A program made the translations under genes and the position numbers. Positions 1 to 13,882 of a stretch of DNA of 64,000 nucleotides are shown in pieces. How positions within the stretch are numbered: the stretch's first letter is position 1; every line of letters starts with the position of its first letter. Where the stretch lies: the NCBI GenBank assembly GCA_043228905.1, contig JBHGNT010000013.1, positions 20,274,001 through 20,338,000 on the forward strand, given 5' to 3'. Below the pieces are notes generated by a model. The model saw only the letters and a program-made list of their open reading frames with translations, ran no database searches and had not been told where the DNA came from. The stretch comes from Azolla caroliniana. Lineage: Eukaryota > Plantae > Polypodiophyta.

Positions 1-52
1 GCAATGATATAGGCAAATAGATAGATATCTGTATATGTCCTTGATCCATCAC

Positions 53-59
53 TATAAGA
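53..59 (+). promoter_or_regulatory. Possible TATA box of the FAS1 gene
   Basis: TATAAGA lies ~50 bp upstream of the ATG at 103. Position is the only support. Confidence 0.3.
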
Positions 60-102
60 TTTCTCTCCCACAATTAAGGAGCCTTCACAAGAAAAGGAAG
101 CA

Positions 103-645
103 ATGATGAAAGGGAGTACTTCTTGGTCGATCCTCGGTTTGGGGGTATGGATGTTGCTTCTCGCATCAGCCCATGCACAAGAGCAGCAGGCACCCGGGGC
201 CCTGCCCAACCAAGTGGTCCTTGGGCTCATCAATGCGATTCGGGCTGAGGGCTTCAATACGGCTGCACTCATCATCACATACGTCCGAGACGTAGTCAGA
301 CCGCCTGTGACACTCCTGATCCCCAATGACCAAGCCATTGCAAACGTTGCCTTGAGCTTGCCCCTGTTGTCTGCGTCTCCGTCGTTGCTACGCAACCTTG
401 TCCAGGTCCACATGATCCCCAGCAACTTGTCATTCTCGGACCTGCGAGCCCTGCCTGTCAACACGCTAATCCCCACCTTCCACACAGGCACCAGGCTCCG
501 CGTCACGAGCAACAGCCGGAACAACTACATGATAGAGAACGCTCACGTCCTCGGCAAAGACATATGTCCGAATGTTGCCGATTTCCTAACATGCTTCGGT
601 ATTAGTCAGGTCTTGAATGTTTCTGGGTTGTTTCCGAATGATTAA
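103..645 (+). CDS. Secreted single FAS1 (fasciclin) domain protein, intronless
   Basis: Hydrophobic signal peptide ending ASAHA-Q. FAS1 H1-like VTLLIPNDQAI, central LLRNLVQVHMIP ([YF]H motif position) and H2-like TCFGISQVL. GC content is higher than the flanks. Confidence 0.88.
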   Translation: MMKGSTSWSILGLGVWMLLLASAHAQEQQAPGALPNQVVLGLINAIRAEGFNTAALIITYVRDVVRPPVTLLIPNDQAIANVALSLPLLSASPSLLRNLVQVHMIPSNLSFSDLRALPVNTLIPTFHTGTRLRVTSNSRNNYMIENAHVLGKDICPNVADFLTCFGISQVLNVSGLFPND

Positions 646-1829
646 CTAAAACTCCTTGGTTAGGTAAATCGAGCTAATGATCTTTTTGAAGGGGGGCGCG
701 TGCTTATGTGATGTGAAATTTTCGAGAGATTTTTACATATGAATGTATTAATAATGGAGAATTTAATGTAGGAATAGTTGCCATGAAAGCAAATGCAATG
801 TCAACTTGCCAAATATATGTATATATATATTTAGATATATCCATAAAAGAACTTTGGTAAAGAGTATAGAAGGATATATATGGACGCAATGATGTAATAG
901 TTAAGTGAATGATATTTATTCAAGAGATCGGATTATTTGATTGTCGTAGCGACATCTCATTCGTTCAGTTTGGTTTTGTTGACTTTAGTGTTTTATGGTA
1001 ATGTGAGTGATTGGTTTGATGATGTTGATTTTAGTGTTTGATGGTAATGTGATTTATACATTTGATTGCCATTTGCAAATTGATTCTAATTTTGCTTTAG
1101 AAAATTTAAACAAGATTGTAGTGGTATGCATGGGGTTTATGCATTGATGGGGTTTTTATTGCATAAACCACATGAATATGTACTCCAAAATGTTCGACAT
1201 ATGTGCTTCTATGATTGACTTAAAGTAAAAGTTTTGAGTAAGCAAAGTGAGGATTGGGATTTTCAAATTCAAAGGAACTTCCATTAAGTTGTAAATTAGG
1301 CCCTTGAAGGATGTAGTGTGCATGTTTCCCTTTGATCGGATTTTGTGTATGCTTGAATATAGATAGCTGTTGTCACTCCAATAAGTGCAATGACTATGAT
1401 GACAAGTTTTTAACGTAAAAACTTAGATTTGACGAAAGAAGATGTATATCGCATTTTAAAGTAAAAGTTAGATTTGATAGAAGATTTATATCGCATTTTG
1501 AATTTTAATCTATACGATTTGTCTTAATGACATCTACGTAATTTGGCAAATGGTAAGCTTTCTAGGTTTTATGTGCAATTGAATTTTGCATATTATCATT
1601 ATGGCTCCTCTCTCCAAGAGAATAGAGATGGATAGGTTTTTTGTATGTAATTGGTTTGGAGAGAGAGAAGGTTTTCTATATATCGCTATTTGCATATGCA
1701 AACAATTATAATTTTTATGTTCGTAATTGGTTTGGAGAGAGAGGGTTATCTATACATCGCTATTTGCATATACACACAAATCAATGACTATGGTTCTAGC
1801 ATATGCACACATCGATGACTATACGGTTT

Positions 1830-2140
1830 GAAACGCCACCTTCACTCCAATCTCCCTTAGGGTCATCTCACTAATTTTTCCATTCCCATGCTTAACTAAT
1901 TTTTCCATTCCCATGCTTACAGTCCAGTGTTTTGCTTCGAACGGAACCAATTTGGTAACTTTGAAGCATGTTAAGTGATCATCACCACCACCATGGTTTC
2001 CATTTGTGTATTGCCTCTGGCCTTGTGTGGTCCTCATGATTCATCGTCATTTTTGGGACAACATCCATGACCCCACATCCATGTTCTTTTGTTCTCAAGA
2101 ATTCCTTGGGAAGGATCTTTGATACTTCCCATACATGGGC
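1830..2140 (-). pseudogene. Highly degenerate Ty1/Copia RNase H 3' fragment
   Basis: Translation HLTCFKVTKLVPFEAKHWTV...KLVKHGNGKISEMT weakly resembles the Copia RH end (IHLxKN..HSKSKHIDV..KIHTNEN.SDMMT). It is followed by GGAGTGAAGGTGG, similar to the PPT of element I. Confidence 0.3.
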
Positions 2141-2880
2141 AAGGCCAATGACACGTGTGCACGAATTTTCTTTTTAGCTTCTTGTGTTACATACATCAGT
2201 GGTTACATATACATGGTCATCCGCATGAAGTTTGACGGGAGTATATACATGGTTACGACAAATGGTAAACTAGTTTTATTTATATGCAAGAAACAAAACA
2301 TATTTGTATCAAGATTTCGATGACAACAGGAGGAGGGTGTTTTATGTGGGTGTAGGTGGTTAGTTGCATTGAGATGGAGGGAGACAAAAAACTCATAATT
2401 GTCTTTTCTAGGATGTGTGTTGAACAAAACAATGAGGGATGCCAAAGTCTCCTACCCATAGAATGAGATGATTTGGCAAGGAGAATCCTCGTGACACTGC
2501 AGATGTCTCATTCCAATGCCAATCTCACCCACGAGACTTTTCTTGATCCATCATTAAACCCAAAATCATATTAGACAAAAAGCTACTACTAGAAAACTAA
2601 ACCACATGATCCTCAAGCTCGGAACAATTTACGATGATATGACAAAAGAAACTATGATATCCAACTAATTGTACTCCTATTTTTCCATGGTAGATTGCTT
2701 CTCACATATCACCATTATATCACCATGAAGAGCTGGAACGAATCCCACAATTTGTCATTCCATGTGGTCCCTGTGCTCTAGAAATGAATATAAAGTTGTT
2801 TTTGTAGAGAATACTCCTAGAAAAGGAAATGAAAATGAGAAAATATGTAAATCAACCTCTATAATTACGTTGTGAAGCAA

Positions 2881-2987
2881 TATATCTAGCTAGCCTTCAA
2901 GTAGCTTTTGGCTCCCTCTCCATGAAAACAAGATATATCTAGCTAGCCTTCAAGTAGCTTTTGGCTCCCTCTTACATGAAAACAAGA
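2881..2987. repeat. ~53-bp direct tandem duplication (2 copies)
   Basis: TATATCTAGCTAGCCTTCAAGTAGCTTTTGGCTCCCTCT..CATGAAAACAAGA occurs twice in tandem. Confidence 0.9.
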
Positions 2988-3534
2988 TTTACTGGACTCT
3001 TCTTATTTGTTTCATATTCGATATATTATTGCTTAGCTCCTTTCCAAGTGTCATATAAAAGAGTTTGTTGTTTGTATTCCATCTTCTTCGTTGTAGTATA
3101 AACCAACTATTAATGGAGATTGTATTGTTGTTGTGAGTTCCATTTCTTTTTATCGGTAACGCTAGCAAGTTAGGTTGTGTTTTCGACCTACTTATCGTCA
3201 CAACCAATGATACGGCGGTTTGAAAATTTAACATATATATAACAAGAGATATAAATGGAGAAAATGCTACATGACATTGAAATTGCATTTCTTTTTTCAG
3301 CCCAAGTACTTGAGAGAGACATCTATATTGATTTATTGAATTTTTTCCTAAACTTAATGCTACTTTAGTGTCGTGAAATAAAACTGAGCAATGGTAACTC
3401 TTCTTTATGCATCCGCTAATTTAATGTGTATTATTGATTTTCTCATGCTAGGAGCTCTTATCAAGGCCTAATTTGGCATATGATTCCACCAATTATTACA
3501 ATTTACGCATCTCATGTCCTTAATTGAAGAATCA

Positions 3535-4586
3535 ATCTCCCTTAAGTACAACCATGGGACTGATTAAACTCTAATCTCTCATGAAGACTGTAATAAAATG
3601 ATACGCCAAGAAATATGGCAAATTTACACTCGATATAAATGGATCACCCCATGAGAGCCACTCCCATCTAAAATGTTGTACTATAAGGAACACTTCTTGC
3701 ACTTCTCTAAGTTAGGTTTTATTACACGATCAAGATATCTAGATACATTCTTATCAAATGCAGTAAGGGTGGCCATTGGACAACTTAGGATATCATCTCA
3801 CCAACTTGAGATTGAGAATGGTCGGGCTAATAGAGTCCCTAGAGAGGAAAGGCTATGTAGGTTACGCCACATAGAGATAGAGGATGATTATCACTTCACA
3901 TGCAAGTGCCCAACTTATGCCGAGATACGGGCGGAATACCAAGACATATTAGGACCCTCTCCCACCCTCTCCAAACTATTAGATACCCCAGATGTAAAGA
4001 GACTAGGTAGGTATATCTTAGAGCTAAAACAACATAGGGAAAATAAATTACAAAGTGTTAACCATAACCCTTGTACTATTCATCAACATGTAACTACTGT
4101 AAATTTTTAGGAATAGGGGGAGACGATGAATGTGGATACACTTACGCCGCTCGACCTCTCTCTTGAGGAAGCAGGAATGCAAAGAACAACCAAACACCCT
4201 CGGATGTTGGGCTTCAAAACAAGTCGACACGGAGTAGAAAAGATTAAGAAGATAAGGGAACATGAGCTACGTCGACTAGAAGCTATGGTTGGGGTACCTT
4301 TTACATTGGGACCACAGGCCACATCCACATCGAAACCCTTTGACCTCCTCTTCGAGAGACTTGGATGGAAATGAAATTAGGCCTAGTATAACATCATTGT
4401 CATTGTAGAACATATTTGTTATTTTACTAGAACTATTTAGCTTAAAACTCTATTTTTATCTTATTTTTATTTTATTTTTATTTTTTACTTTCGATGAATG
4501 GGTAAATATCCCATTTTTTGTTGTAAACCATTTGTTTCATGGGCCAAATTTGGCCATAGAAGACGTTAATATATCTTTCTTTCTTT
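3535..4586 (+). mobile_element. 5'-truncated RTEX/RTE-like LINE, 3' end (copy 1)
   Basis: ORFs 3673-4110 and 4126-4374 encode the C-terminal LRISSHQLEIENGR..RLCRL.H..EDDYHFTCKCPTY motif. The element ends in a (TTTC)n tail and is clearly homologous to 14311-16209. Confidence 0.85.
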
Positions 4587-4752
4587 ATAACTTCAATTCT
4601 AATCATGTTTATTCATATGAATCGATAAATCCTTGGAAAGGTAGAAAAATATGGTCCATAGGTATATTGTATGCACATGTGTGGATGAATTTGATTAAAG
4701 CTAACATTATGGTGATCAAGCCACATTTCGTTTCAAAATGCCTCCATACAGG

Positions 4753-4760
<8 letters not shown>

Positions 4761-4792
<32 letters not shown>
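4761..4792. repeat. (CA)n microsatellite
   Basis: Seen directly in the sequence. Confidence 0.95.
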
Positions 4793-4794
<2 letters not shown>

Positions 4795-7412
4795 ATTAGA
4801 GGGATACACTCTAAAGTTGTCATTTCCCTATTGTAATGAAATGCTAATGTTGTTTCCTTCAATTTGTCTTGGATTCATTTGTATCTTTTCAAGTAGTTTC
4901 TCATTTTCATAGCTCTTTACCTATGTTGAAATTGTGTATCCCGTACCACAACATCCCAACAAACAAACATTAATGTGCAAAGCTCATCATAATCTAAAGC
5001 ATACTCGTGCATCACCAATATCCAATTGTGGCTTAGATGACATGAATGTTCAAACTTGAAATTGTAGTGAACATGAAAAATCCAGGACCACACTTTATCG
5101 CACCCTTTAAATACAAGGATTCAATGGGACTTGAATATGACATGATGTCGTATTCACAGTTCATGTCCCCATAAAGGGACGATTCAGGAGTTTGATTGTG
5201 GATAATTTTAGATTGCCGCTCAAATGCTTATATTTTATAATGCAAGCTATTTTATCCGACACATAAAAATCATTCAGTAAAATGCATGTTTTTCCACAAT
5301 GGAAGAAGAAATTGCACTGTGTGGGTTTTTTCACAACCGTAGTTGATAAATCATAACTAATGAATATGTAAAGGTGTCTCGTACATCTCCTTCGAGATTT
5401 GACACATTGTTCTTGGGTTAATTTACTAACATATTGTAAGTTACAATATCATAGTAAGAAAAGGAATACAACCTAGTACCTAATTCATAATGTTTAAGAT
5501 CTCTAACTATTTTCAACACCCACATACTAATAGTGCTAAGTAGTAATGGACCAACATTCAACCAAAAGGATCATGTCTCTAATTGTACATTTAGCATTTT
5601 CATTAGGTTTTCATATCTAGATATCCACTACTCAATATACAAAACAAATGCATTGCATTCATGCCTCAAATCTATCTCAAAGGAAAAAACATCTCCCAAT
5701 TTATGTCATAGAGCATGAAACAACACATAATAGGCTCATGTTAAGATATTGGATTTTCACTGGCTACCCTATTTTGTACTTGTTGTATGATTTTTGCACA
5801 ACACCCATAGAGGTCAATATTATAGCTCAAAATTTGGAGGACATGATTGGTGCAATATCTATGACAACTTCGAAATGGGAGGAATCCCATCCACAATTTG
5901 ATGCTTAAAAATGCTCCAAAAAACTTCACAAGTTAGAATCAATTTACATTGATGTACAATAATAAATAATGGGGAATGACCTCTTGTTTCAATTGGGTCA
6001 GATGTTTAGAACATTAAAAAAGAAGCTCCTTGATGATCATTGCATAATACTTCAAGCAGATACAATCTATTTCTCTTGATGCATGGTTTCCATTACACTA
6101 AACCATGTATAGTTGTTTGCCCAAAGTTAGTCAGCTTACAATAACTACAGGATACTTGAATTGGATAAATATTTATTTCTGTAGATGTATAGTTCAAATA
6201 CACCTCATAACCAACGATATGTTAGGAATATGTTGTGAAAACCCCATCTTGTTGTTCAAAAGGCAATACCATGCATGTCCATCAACATGGTCACACCAAC
6301 ACGTTTCATATTTCTACAGGATTATGTAGGATATCAAACAAGTAGGGCTCACTCATCTTTTACGCTAGCCACTAGACTAACCGCATTAGATATGTGTTAC
6401 AACCGTATATGTGCACTTTTGTTCCCTAGTGACCATCTCAATAAGTACTTGTATGTAACATGTGGAACATAGCTAAGACATGCACACAATTCCAAAAGCT
6501 TTTGTGTACTAGTGGATTCAAAATACTGTGGCAACATAATTACCATTTGTCCTTGTGAATTCCTTGAGATGTGGAAATTTGGCTTGGAATGTTTTGAGCC
6601 ATTATGCTCACGAAACACATATTAGATCTCTTTTTTTACCTTTGCATACCTTCTAATCTCCGCTTCATTGTGTCATTCATATTAGTTGCTCTGGACAACT
6701 TGAAAATCACATGAGCCTAAACATGCCTTGGATTCAATAAGGGAATCACTACTTCAAGTGGAAGAGCATATTCCAAGCATTGATAACCATAGTTCACATA
6801 AAGGTAGAAAATAGGTCTACATGTTCATGGATACTAGTACAATAGATCAAAACCTAGATATGAGTTATGTAGATAACATATGCATGGTGAACTAATACAA
6901 AGAATAATTGATGGGCCTCTTTGCTTGAGGATACAAACTATTTGAGTAGTGTCTAGCATTTCTTTGAGAGCACCTTTTCAATTGCATTTATGTGAATCAA
7001 TAGGTTGTTATGAAAAGGTAACAAAATAGAGTCGGACATAAAGCATATTCAAACGTGGGATGCATTTGGACTTGCACGACATTAATGTCCATGGTTGAAC
7101 GCCACCTCAATAATGTCCATTCAATCTAGGACCACATTTTTGTGCACTTTACGAGATGTAGATCCAACAAAACTTGAATGTGATATCGTGTTGTAGTGAT
7201 AGTTCGTACACCTAACAAAGTGATGATTCGGAAGTTTGTAATGATAAAGATCAAGTACGACGGTCGCTAGATTGTACGATGTAACCTATTGTATTTACCA
7301 CATGAAAACCATTAGAGGAAATTGCACAGCCTACAATCACTTTATTAACGATTCATTTCTTTGCCCTTGCATGCACTTGTTTTACCCGACAACCCGCGAA
7401 TTGGACATAACA

Positions 7413-8060
7413 CTACTAGACCATAGGCTACAAATACATATGTAACGATCACACGTGATATGAATGCACTAAAAGAATATAGCACACAAATATGTTAAGA
7501 AACCACGTTCTATGAAAGCAAGAAACACAAACCTAGCAACACCAACTTTGTTATGCTTAAAAACTCTCATTACATTTTGAGCTTCTATGCCGGTATAATT
7601 AGAACATACATCCAATGTGATACAAGACTTCTGATATGAGATACGAAGATACAAAGATATACAATGCATATGCTACTAGACCATAGGCTACGAATATGTA
7701 AAGATTGTACATTACATGAAAGCACTAAAGAACATAGCCTACAAATATGTTAAGAAACCAAGTTCTAGGAAAGCAAGAAACATGAACCTAGCAGCACTAA
7801 CTTTGTGATGCTTAAAAACTCTCATTACATTTTGAGCTTTTATGCCGGCATAATTAGATCATACGTCAAATGTGATAAAAGACATGTGATATAAGATACA
7901 AAGATACACAGTGCAACAAAATTCAAGATACAACGAGATTGGATCCAATAATATACAATATACAACAATGAGATTGGATGCAATAAGATATAATATACAA
8001 TGAGATTGGATGGAATAAGATACAAGATATACAATACAAGACAATACAATCCAAGGATAC
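7413..8060. repeat. ~260-bp diverged tandem duplication followed by ATACAA/GATACAA low-complexity repeats
   Basis: CTACTAGACCATAGGCTAC...AAAAACTCTCATTACATTTTGAGCTT starts at both 7413 and 7673. Confidence 0.85.
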
Positions 8061-9280
8061 AGCAGAGCTAAGGGAGTTTCTTGTATCCTTCACAAAGTTT
8101 CATTGACATGAGTAAACTTGAAAGTTCAAGTTTGCATGAATGGAACTTCAAGAAGGAAGAGAATGAGCACATCTTTTTCATGGCATGATTCTTCCTTTCT
8201 CACATGCAAGTAACACTCTAGTACTCTACATTTGTAACCCATTTATATCTTCACTATAATGATTCTTTTGATGCATGCCACATTCTAAGTTCCATGAGAC
8301 CAAGCTGTATTGTGTGCTCTTTAGGGGTTATTATATAAGGGTATCCTCTGCTGTTGTCTTTACATGAGAAAAGCAATGTGAATTGGAGGATTCCGCTCAT
8401 AGCCTATTTGATTTTGCAGACTTAAATGGGCTCCTATATGAACCAAAATTACAAGTGGGTGATATTGATTTGATTGCTATCAAACTATTGCATAATGCTC
8501 ATCATTATTCTCATATAGGAAATAATACTTGACTGTGTGAAAGAAAGAAAGGAAACGCACAGTGAGAAAAATCTCAGTAAAAGATTAGTTAAAAACAGTG
8601 GATTTGAACTAGACTGTAAGAGATGAAGTATTGACAGAAAATTTCTGGTCATTGACTGCTGGTGTAAAATTCACCGGCGGGTTCATGATATAATTTTTAG
8701 CTCTTGTTAGCATCTTGCATTTCCAAGAAATGCAAACAAGAAACCACAATACTTGGAAACAGAACAAGCAAAAACTGCAGACCAGAAGATCCATCCATCA
8801 CTCAGGTCCTACATGGGCACAACAACCTCCTCGACAAATCTATTATGGGAGCAAACAAATCACGATTATAACAACCCCGTTAGCCTCCCCATTATATGTA
8901 AAGGGAGCAGGTGCTACACACAAAGTATCACAAGCAAAATCTCATCATCCAAAATTCTTAATATATTCTCACAATTGACAGCGATATATAAAATGTATGT
9001 TGCTGCTTCCATGGTCTAAAGAAAGACCCTACAAATTATTACATAGTGGTTGAGCAAATCTAAGAAGACCGTGAACGAATTTGCAAAACTGGAGATGCAA
9101 GGGCTCATCATCAGTTACATGCATAATATATATACTCTTTCTTACTATGTATATGGGAGGAAAGAGATCGTGATTCATTCCTGTGTAAGTAAGATTTTCC
9201 GGCAAAACATTCTGATCATTTATTCTCATTTTAGATGTGAGTAAAATATATTACAAAGGAAAGAGGGGAGATCCGGAGGG

Positions 9281-9502
9281 ATGATGATGATGATAATAAT
9301 AATAATAATAATCATAATAATAATAATAAGAAGAAGAAGAATGAGAGAGGGTGCGGAGANNNNNNNNNNNNNNNNNNNNNNNNNNNNNNNNNNNNNNNNN
9401 NNNNNNNNNNNNNNNNNNNNNNNNNNNNNNNNNNNNNNNNNNNNNNNNNNNNNNNNNNNATGTCTTTCTTTCCTTTTCCTTTTCCTTTTCCTTTTCCTTT
9501 TC
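9281..9502. other. Assembly gap (100 N, 9360-9459) flanked by (ATG)n/(ATA)n/(AAG)n and (TTTTCC)n microsatellites
   Basis: Seen directly in the sequence. Confidence 0.97.
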
Positions 9503-11031
9503 CGTTCCTTTTGTGTGTAGTGTGAGGAAATGAGAGACAGCATTGAATTGAATTGAGAGATGATCATATGATATAATATACTGTATATATATAGGTGGTG
9601 GGGATGACTACTACTACTACTAACTACTAACTACAAACTTTCACATAATGATGATGAAGAGAGAGGAAGATGATGATCTGATGATGAGGAACGTGCGTGC
9701 TTGAAAGAGGGGGTAGGTGTTTTTGGGGCGGGGGGGAGTGTGGCCCCTTCCCGATCACGACACACAAACTAATCAACTAATCACATTTTGCCGCCTACTA
9801 ACTCACTACGAAGTACATGTGGTTTGTGTGTGTGTGTGTATATGTTTGATGCATTCTCTCTCTCTCTCTCTCTTTGTACTCGTCCTCTTGGGCAACCCCC
9901 CCATCTGTCCACTAGTCATTGCATTTGACCACACGCACCTTCGTTTGACCTCTGGCTTATACAATGTTTTCTCCTCCCTCTCATCAACTTTGCATAGGTA
10001 CAATAGCCCGTCCTCCCGTTAGCTAGTTGTTGTGCACTCATTATTCCGTCGATGCTCGTTTTCCCCGCAAATCCCCTGACCTCATCTCCGAAGATTGTTT
10101 GGGTTGTCCTCCACGTTCGAGTTACCTCGCCTTTTTCCCAGACGCGGAGCTTCATGTTGCCATTCCCATGTAGATTGGGCCCCATTCCTTGCAAGGGTGT
10201 GACTCATGAGATGGCTTTCTTATGTATGCACACCTTGTAAAATGCTCATTTTAGTTTTCCGTGATAAACACATGGTTTATAGAACGCATTTTGTCCTTGA
10301 GAATCTTATTCCTCGTCTTGAAGAATTTGGTCGGTTTGTAGAGGTTTTCAAGCTGTTACTTGTCTCGATTTTCTAAAATGCGTGCATGTCATGAGGTTTG
10401 TCTATGTATGTGAATTCATGCTCATAACTACTTCCCTTCTTGCATTATTGGAAAATGCATTAGCTCCACTATCTTTGAGACCACCAAAGGCTTCTATCAC
10501 ATTCTTCGAAATCTAGCATGTATGTGCTCCTTTCCATCACATTCTTTCATCACATGGAACTCACCAATTGCATCCATCACATTCTTCAAAGTTGAATGAG
10601 GACGAGCTCCTTTCCATAGTAGTTACTTCACAATGCAATCCCATCACCATTTTCACTTTCGATATATTGTGGATGTTAGCAAATTTACTCTCTTTAGTTT
10701 TTCGTGGGTAACGCCGCGAAATTTTTTACCTCGGTTCTCATCTATATCTAATCTCCATCGGATTTCCTTTTTTATTTATTTTCAATATCTTTGTCTGGTC
10801 TCATTATTGTCAAGTAGTTATTGTCATAAATTTTGTCATGCTTGTCTGAATCTTATCGATAGCGCCTCATTCTACATATGCTAGTCACTTGGATTTTGAG
10901 TGCTAGTTTTTTTTAGTATTGAGGCCTCTTAGCATTACATGTTACAATCACGGGTAAATTAGTATTACTAAGGTGAATTGCGAGTGCCTCCAAATTTCTT
11001 CACACGCATGCATGCACACACACAATGACAA

Positions 11032-11040
11032 TATATATAT

Positions 11041-11085
<45 letters not shown>

Positions 11086-11100
11086 ATGTATGTATGTATG
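11032..11100. repeat. Compound (TA)n(TG)n microsatellite
   Basis: Seen directly in the sequence. Confidence 0.95.
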
Positions 11101-13882
11101 ACACAAGTAAATTATCATTTTGAATAGCATTTACTCTTGCATGTAACATTTTGTTGGTTAAAGTTGACAAAATTGTGCTTGGTTTAAGCTATAAGACCTT
11201 GAATTGATATTTTTACACTCAAGTCAGAGAAAAACTCTTTAGCTCCAAGAAAACCCACACCTACATTATACAAATAGGGAGGGCAATGATCAATGGGCCA
11301 AACGAAAACACATGCTTGAAGGATACAAAGTGATCACCTCCCTTCCAAAATTTAGCTTACGAATCCATACATGATTACGAGGGTGAATAAGGGACGTATT
11401 TAGCTACTTTAGGATCCTCCTCCTCGAGTGAACCCCAAGGTCCATGCACATTATTACCATGATGTAGACAATGAGGGTTCTTAGCTTGAGGATACAATAC
11501 AAATTGTTTGGTGGCTTGAGAGTCAAGTCTATAGGTTTTCCTTCCTAGATACCTTTTATAATCCCACTTATTTATTGAACCAGTCCCTTATTGCCACAAA
11601 GGTAGTGAAAATCATGTATTTAGATTTAGATGACAGAGTTGTCTAATGTTCATCAACACATTAATAATATTTGGCCACATGGTTAATGTTCAAGTTGATC
11701 ACAAGGAAATCATTGAATCTATGACCACACTGATGCACTCTTTTACATATGGGCGATCCAATAATACTTAATACAACCTAGTGTAGAAGTGATAGTTCGA
11801 TGTTCACCTAACAAAAGGGGCGATTTGAAAGTTTGAATAAAGTCCAAAAGTCGCTAGATTGTACAATGTAAGTAGTTGTATCTACCATAACCAAATCAAC
11901 GAAGAAGGAAATCACACACCGTACAATCGTATTATTATCCATTAGTTTCTTTACCATTTGCGTCCAACTGTTTTTTGCCAAAGACAAGGGCACTAATAGA
12001 ACATAACCTAGACCAATATGTTTCGTATTTTCATATAACTTAAGCAATATATCTCTACATTTTTGTAGACAATGGTCCATAATGGTATGCCAAGGTGCTT
12101 GTATAAAAGGAGTGGACGCAAAGGGTAAAGAAATGACTGACCTGCGGTAACAATTCAAGGTTGTGCAGATCTCTTCTTAGATGATTCTTACACACATATA
12201 CAATGACTTACATACAGATACAACGACTTATGTTGTACAATCCAATAGCTTTTGGACTCTAATCTTTATCATTTGGAACTTCTGAATCATACCTTTTTTA
12301 GGTGTACATCAAACGATCAATACTACAAGAAGTTATGTTCAAGTTTTGTTAAATCCGCCTTACCTAAAGGGTGTGAAGGTGTGGTCCTAGATGTAGCGAT
12401 TTCCTTGTGACGTGCAACTTTGAACATTAATGTTGTTAGATATTATTGAGGTGACATCGAACTTTTGAAATTAATGTCAACTTTGGACATATGATTTTTG
12501 TAAATTTACTCAATCTTCTAAGTATTCTAGGATACGTGGTTGTAGTAAGAGGATGATATTTAGTTCTCTCAAAGACATGCTAGACTTTGGAGTGATGTAT
12601 ACCAATAATGAACTATTGAGTTATATTTGTGATGCAATTTGGGCAAAGAGATAAAACTTTAAGAAAAGGCTCAAGAAGAGTGACATGTTGGTTAGGTAAT
12701 GCAATAGTGTCATGGATGTGGACAAAGCAACCAACAATGGCTTGAAGCACAATTGAAGTTGAATAAACAAACATCCTAGAAGCGTTCTGTGAAGGTGTTT
12801 GGATGAAGATGTTGATTCAAAGACTCTCAAGTTATTTTGCAAACACCCATTTTATACTTGCACATTGTTCTCTTGTATATAGTTGTAATCATCTTGAGAC
12901 TGCATATCCTTTATATATTAGGCATTACACTAAAGATAGAGGACTTGAATGAGGCTTCATTTTATATTATCTTTTTATTATGAATTCCTAGTATATTTTT
13001 TGTTCATCAAACCATTGCAAACTCTACATGCACCTAAAAAATAAGTAAGTACTAAGGACACATGTAATAATAGTAAGGAAAGATTTCCAATACTACTAGA
13101 GGATTTGGTACTATTAACGTTGCAAAAGAGATCCATGCTCATATACCATATGTCTATTTCTATAAAAAATCCCACACTCCGAAAAACCTTTGTATGACAC
13201 TCACCTTACCATTGTCGGCATCATTGAAAGTTGTAAAAACGTTGATTTATTGATTGACGGTATAGAACCCACAATAAACCTACCATCATGCTTGAGCTAC
13301 ATTTCAAGTCTTCTATACTAAAACCATGTGATATAGGTGAAGCTAGTCAACTTGGATACAAGGTTATGTAGGTTGTGATCCGCGATCCTCATCATTGAAC
13401 AAGGGAGTCGAAATGAATCTATCACTTTCATATAAATTGAAAGAGATTAGGAAGGTAAACAACAACCTCATAAACAAACGTACTAGGGAATTGCTACTTG
13501 CACATTGAAGATATCACACTCTAGCTACTGGATAAAAAGTAAAAGAAAATCCTAACATGGATTACAATTGTTTCGCATCCTCCCTCGTGAGTTCCCCAAT
13601 ATTGGACTTGCTTATTTATGATTTCTTGTAAAGAAACCATATAACGCATAATCAATCTCTCCATTGTGGCTGGATTTGTTTTTGCCTCATCACGGATCAT
13701 ACTACTAGACTTTGTGGGTCCCTTGCGAGTGTGTGTCAATGGATGACCAAACCTTAAGAAAAGTATAGTTTTGAAATCAATATAGCTTTCTTTCACCATA
13801 GAATTGATCTTCATGGATAATATCGTACTTGTGAGAAAAGGTCTTCACATCCTTGTTGTTTGATGTTTTAATCGCTTATTTC

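Noticed and set aside
8600-9250. Known conserved plant miRNA precursor
   Set aside because: No match to the conserved miRNA families I recall, and no convincing fold-back in the sequenced part.
4532-13814. Short ORFs in the AT-rich intergenic region, including microsatellite-derived HTHT/CVCV/IIII peptides
   Set aside because: No domains, low complexity, and lengths expected by chance.
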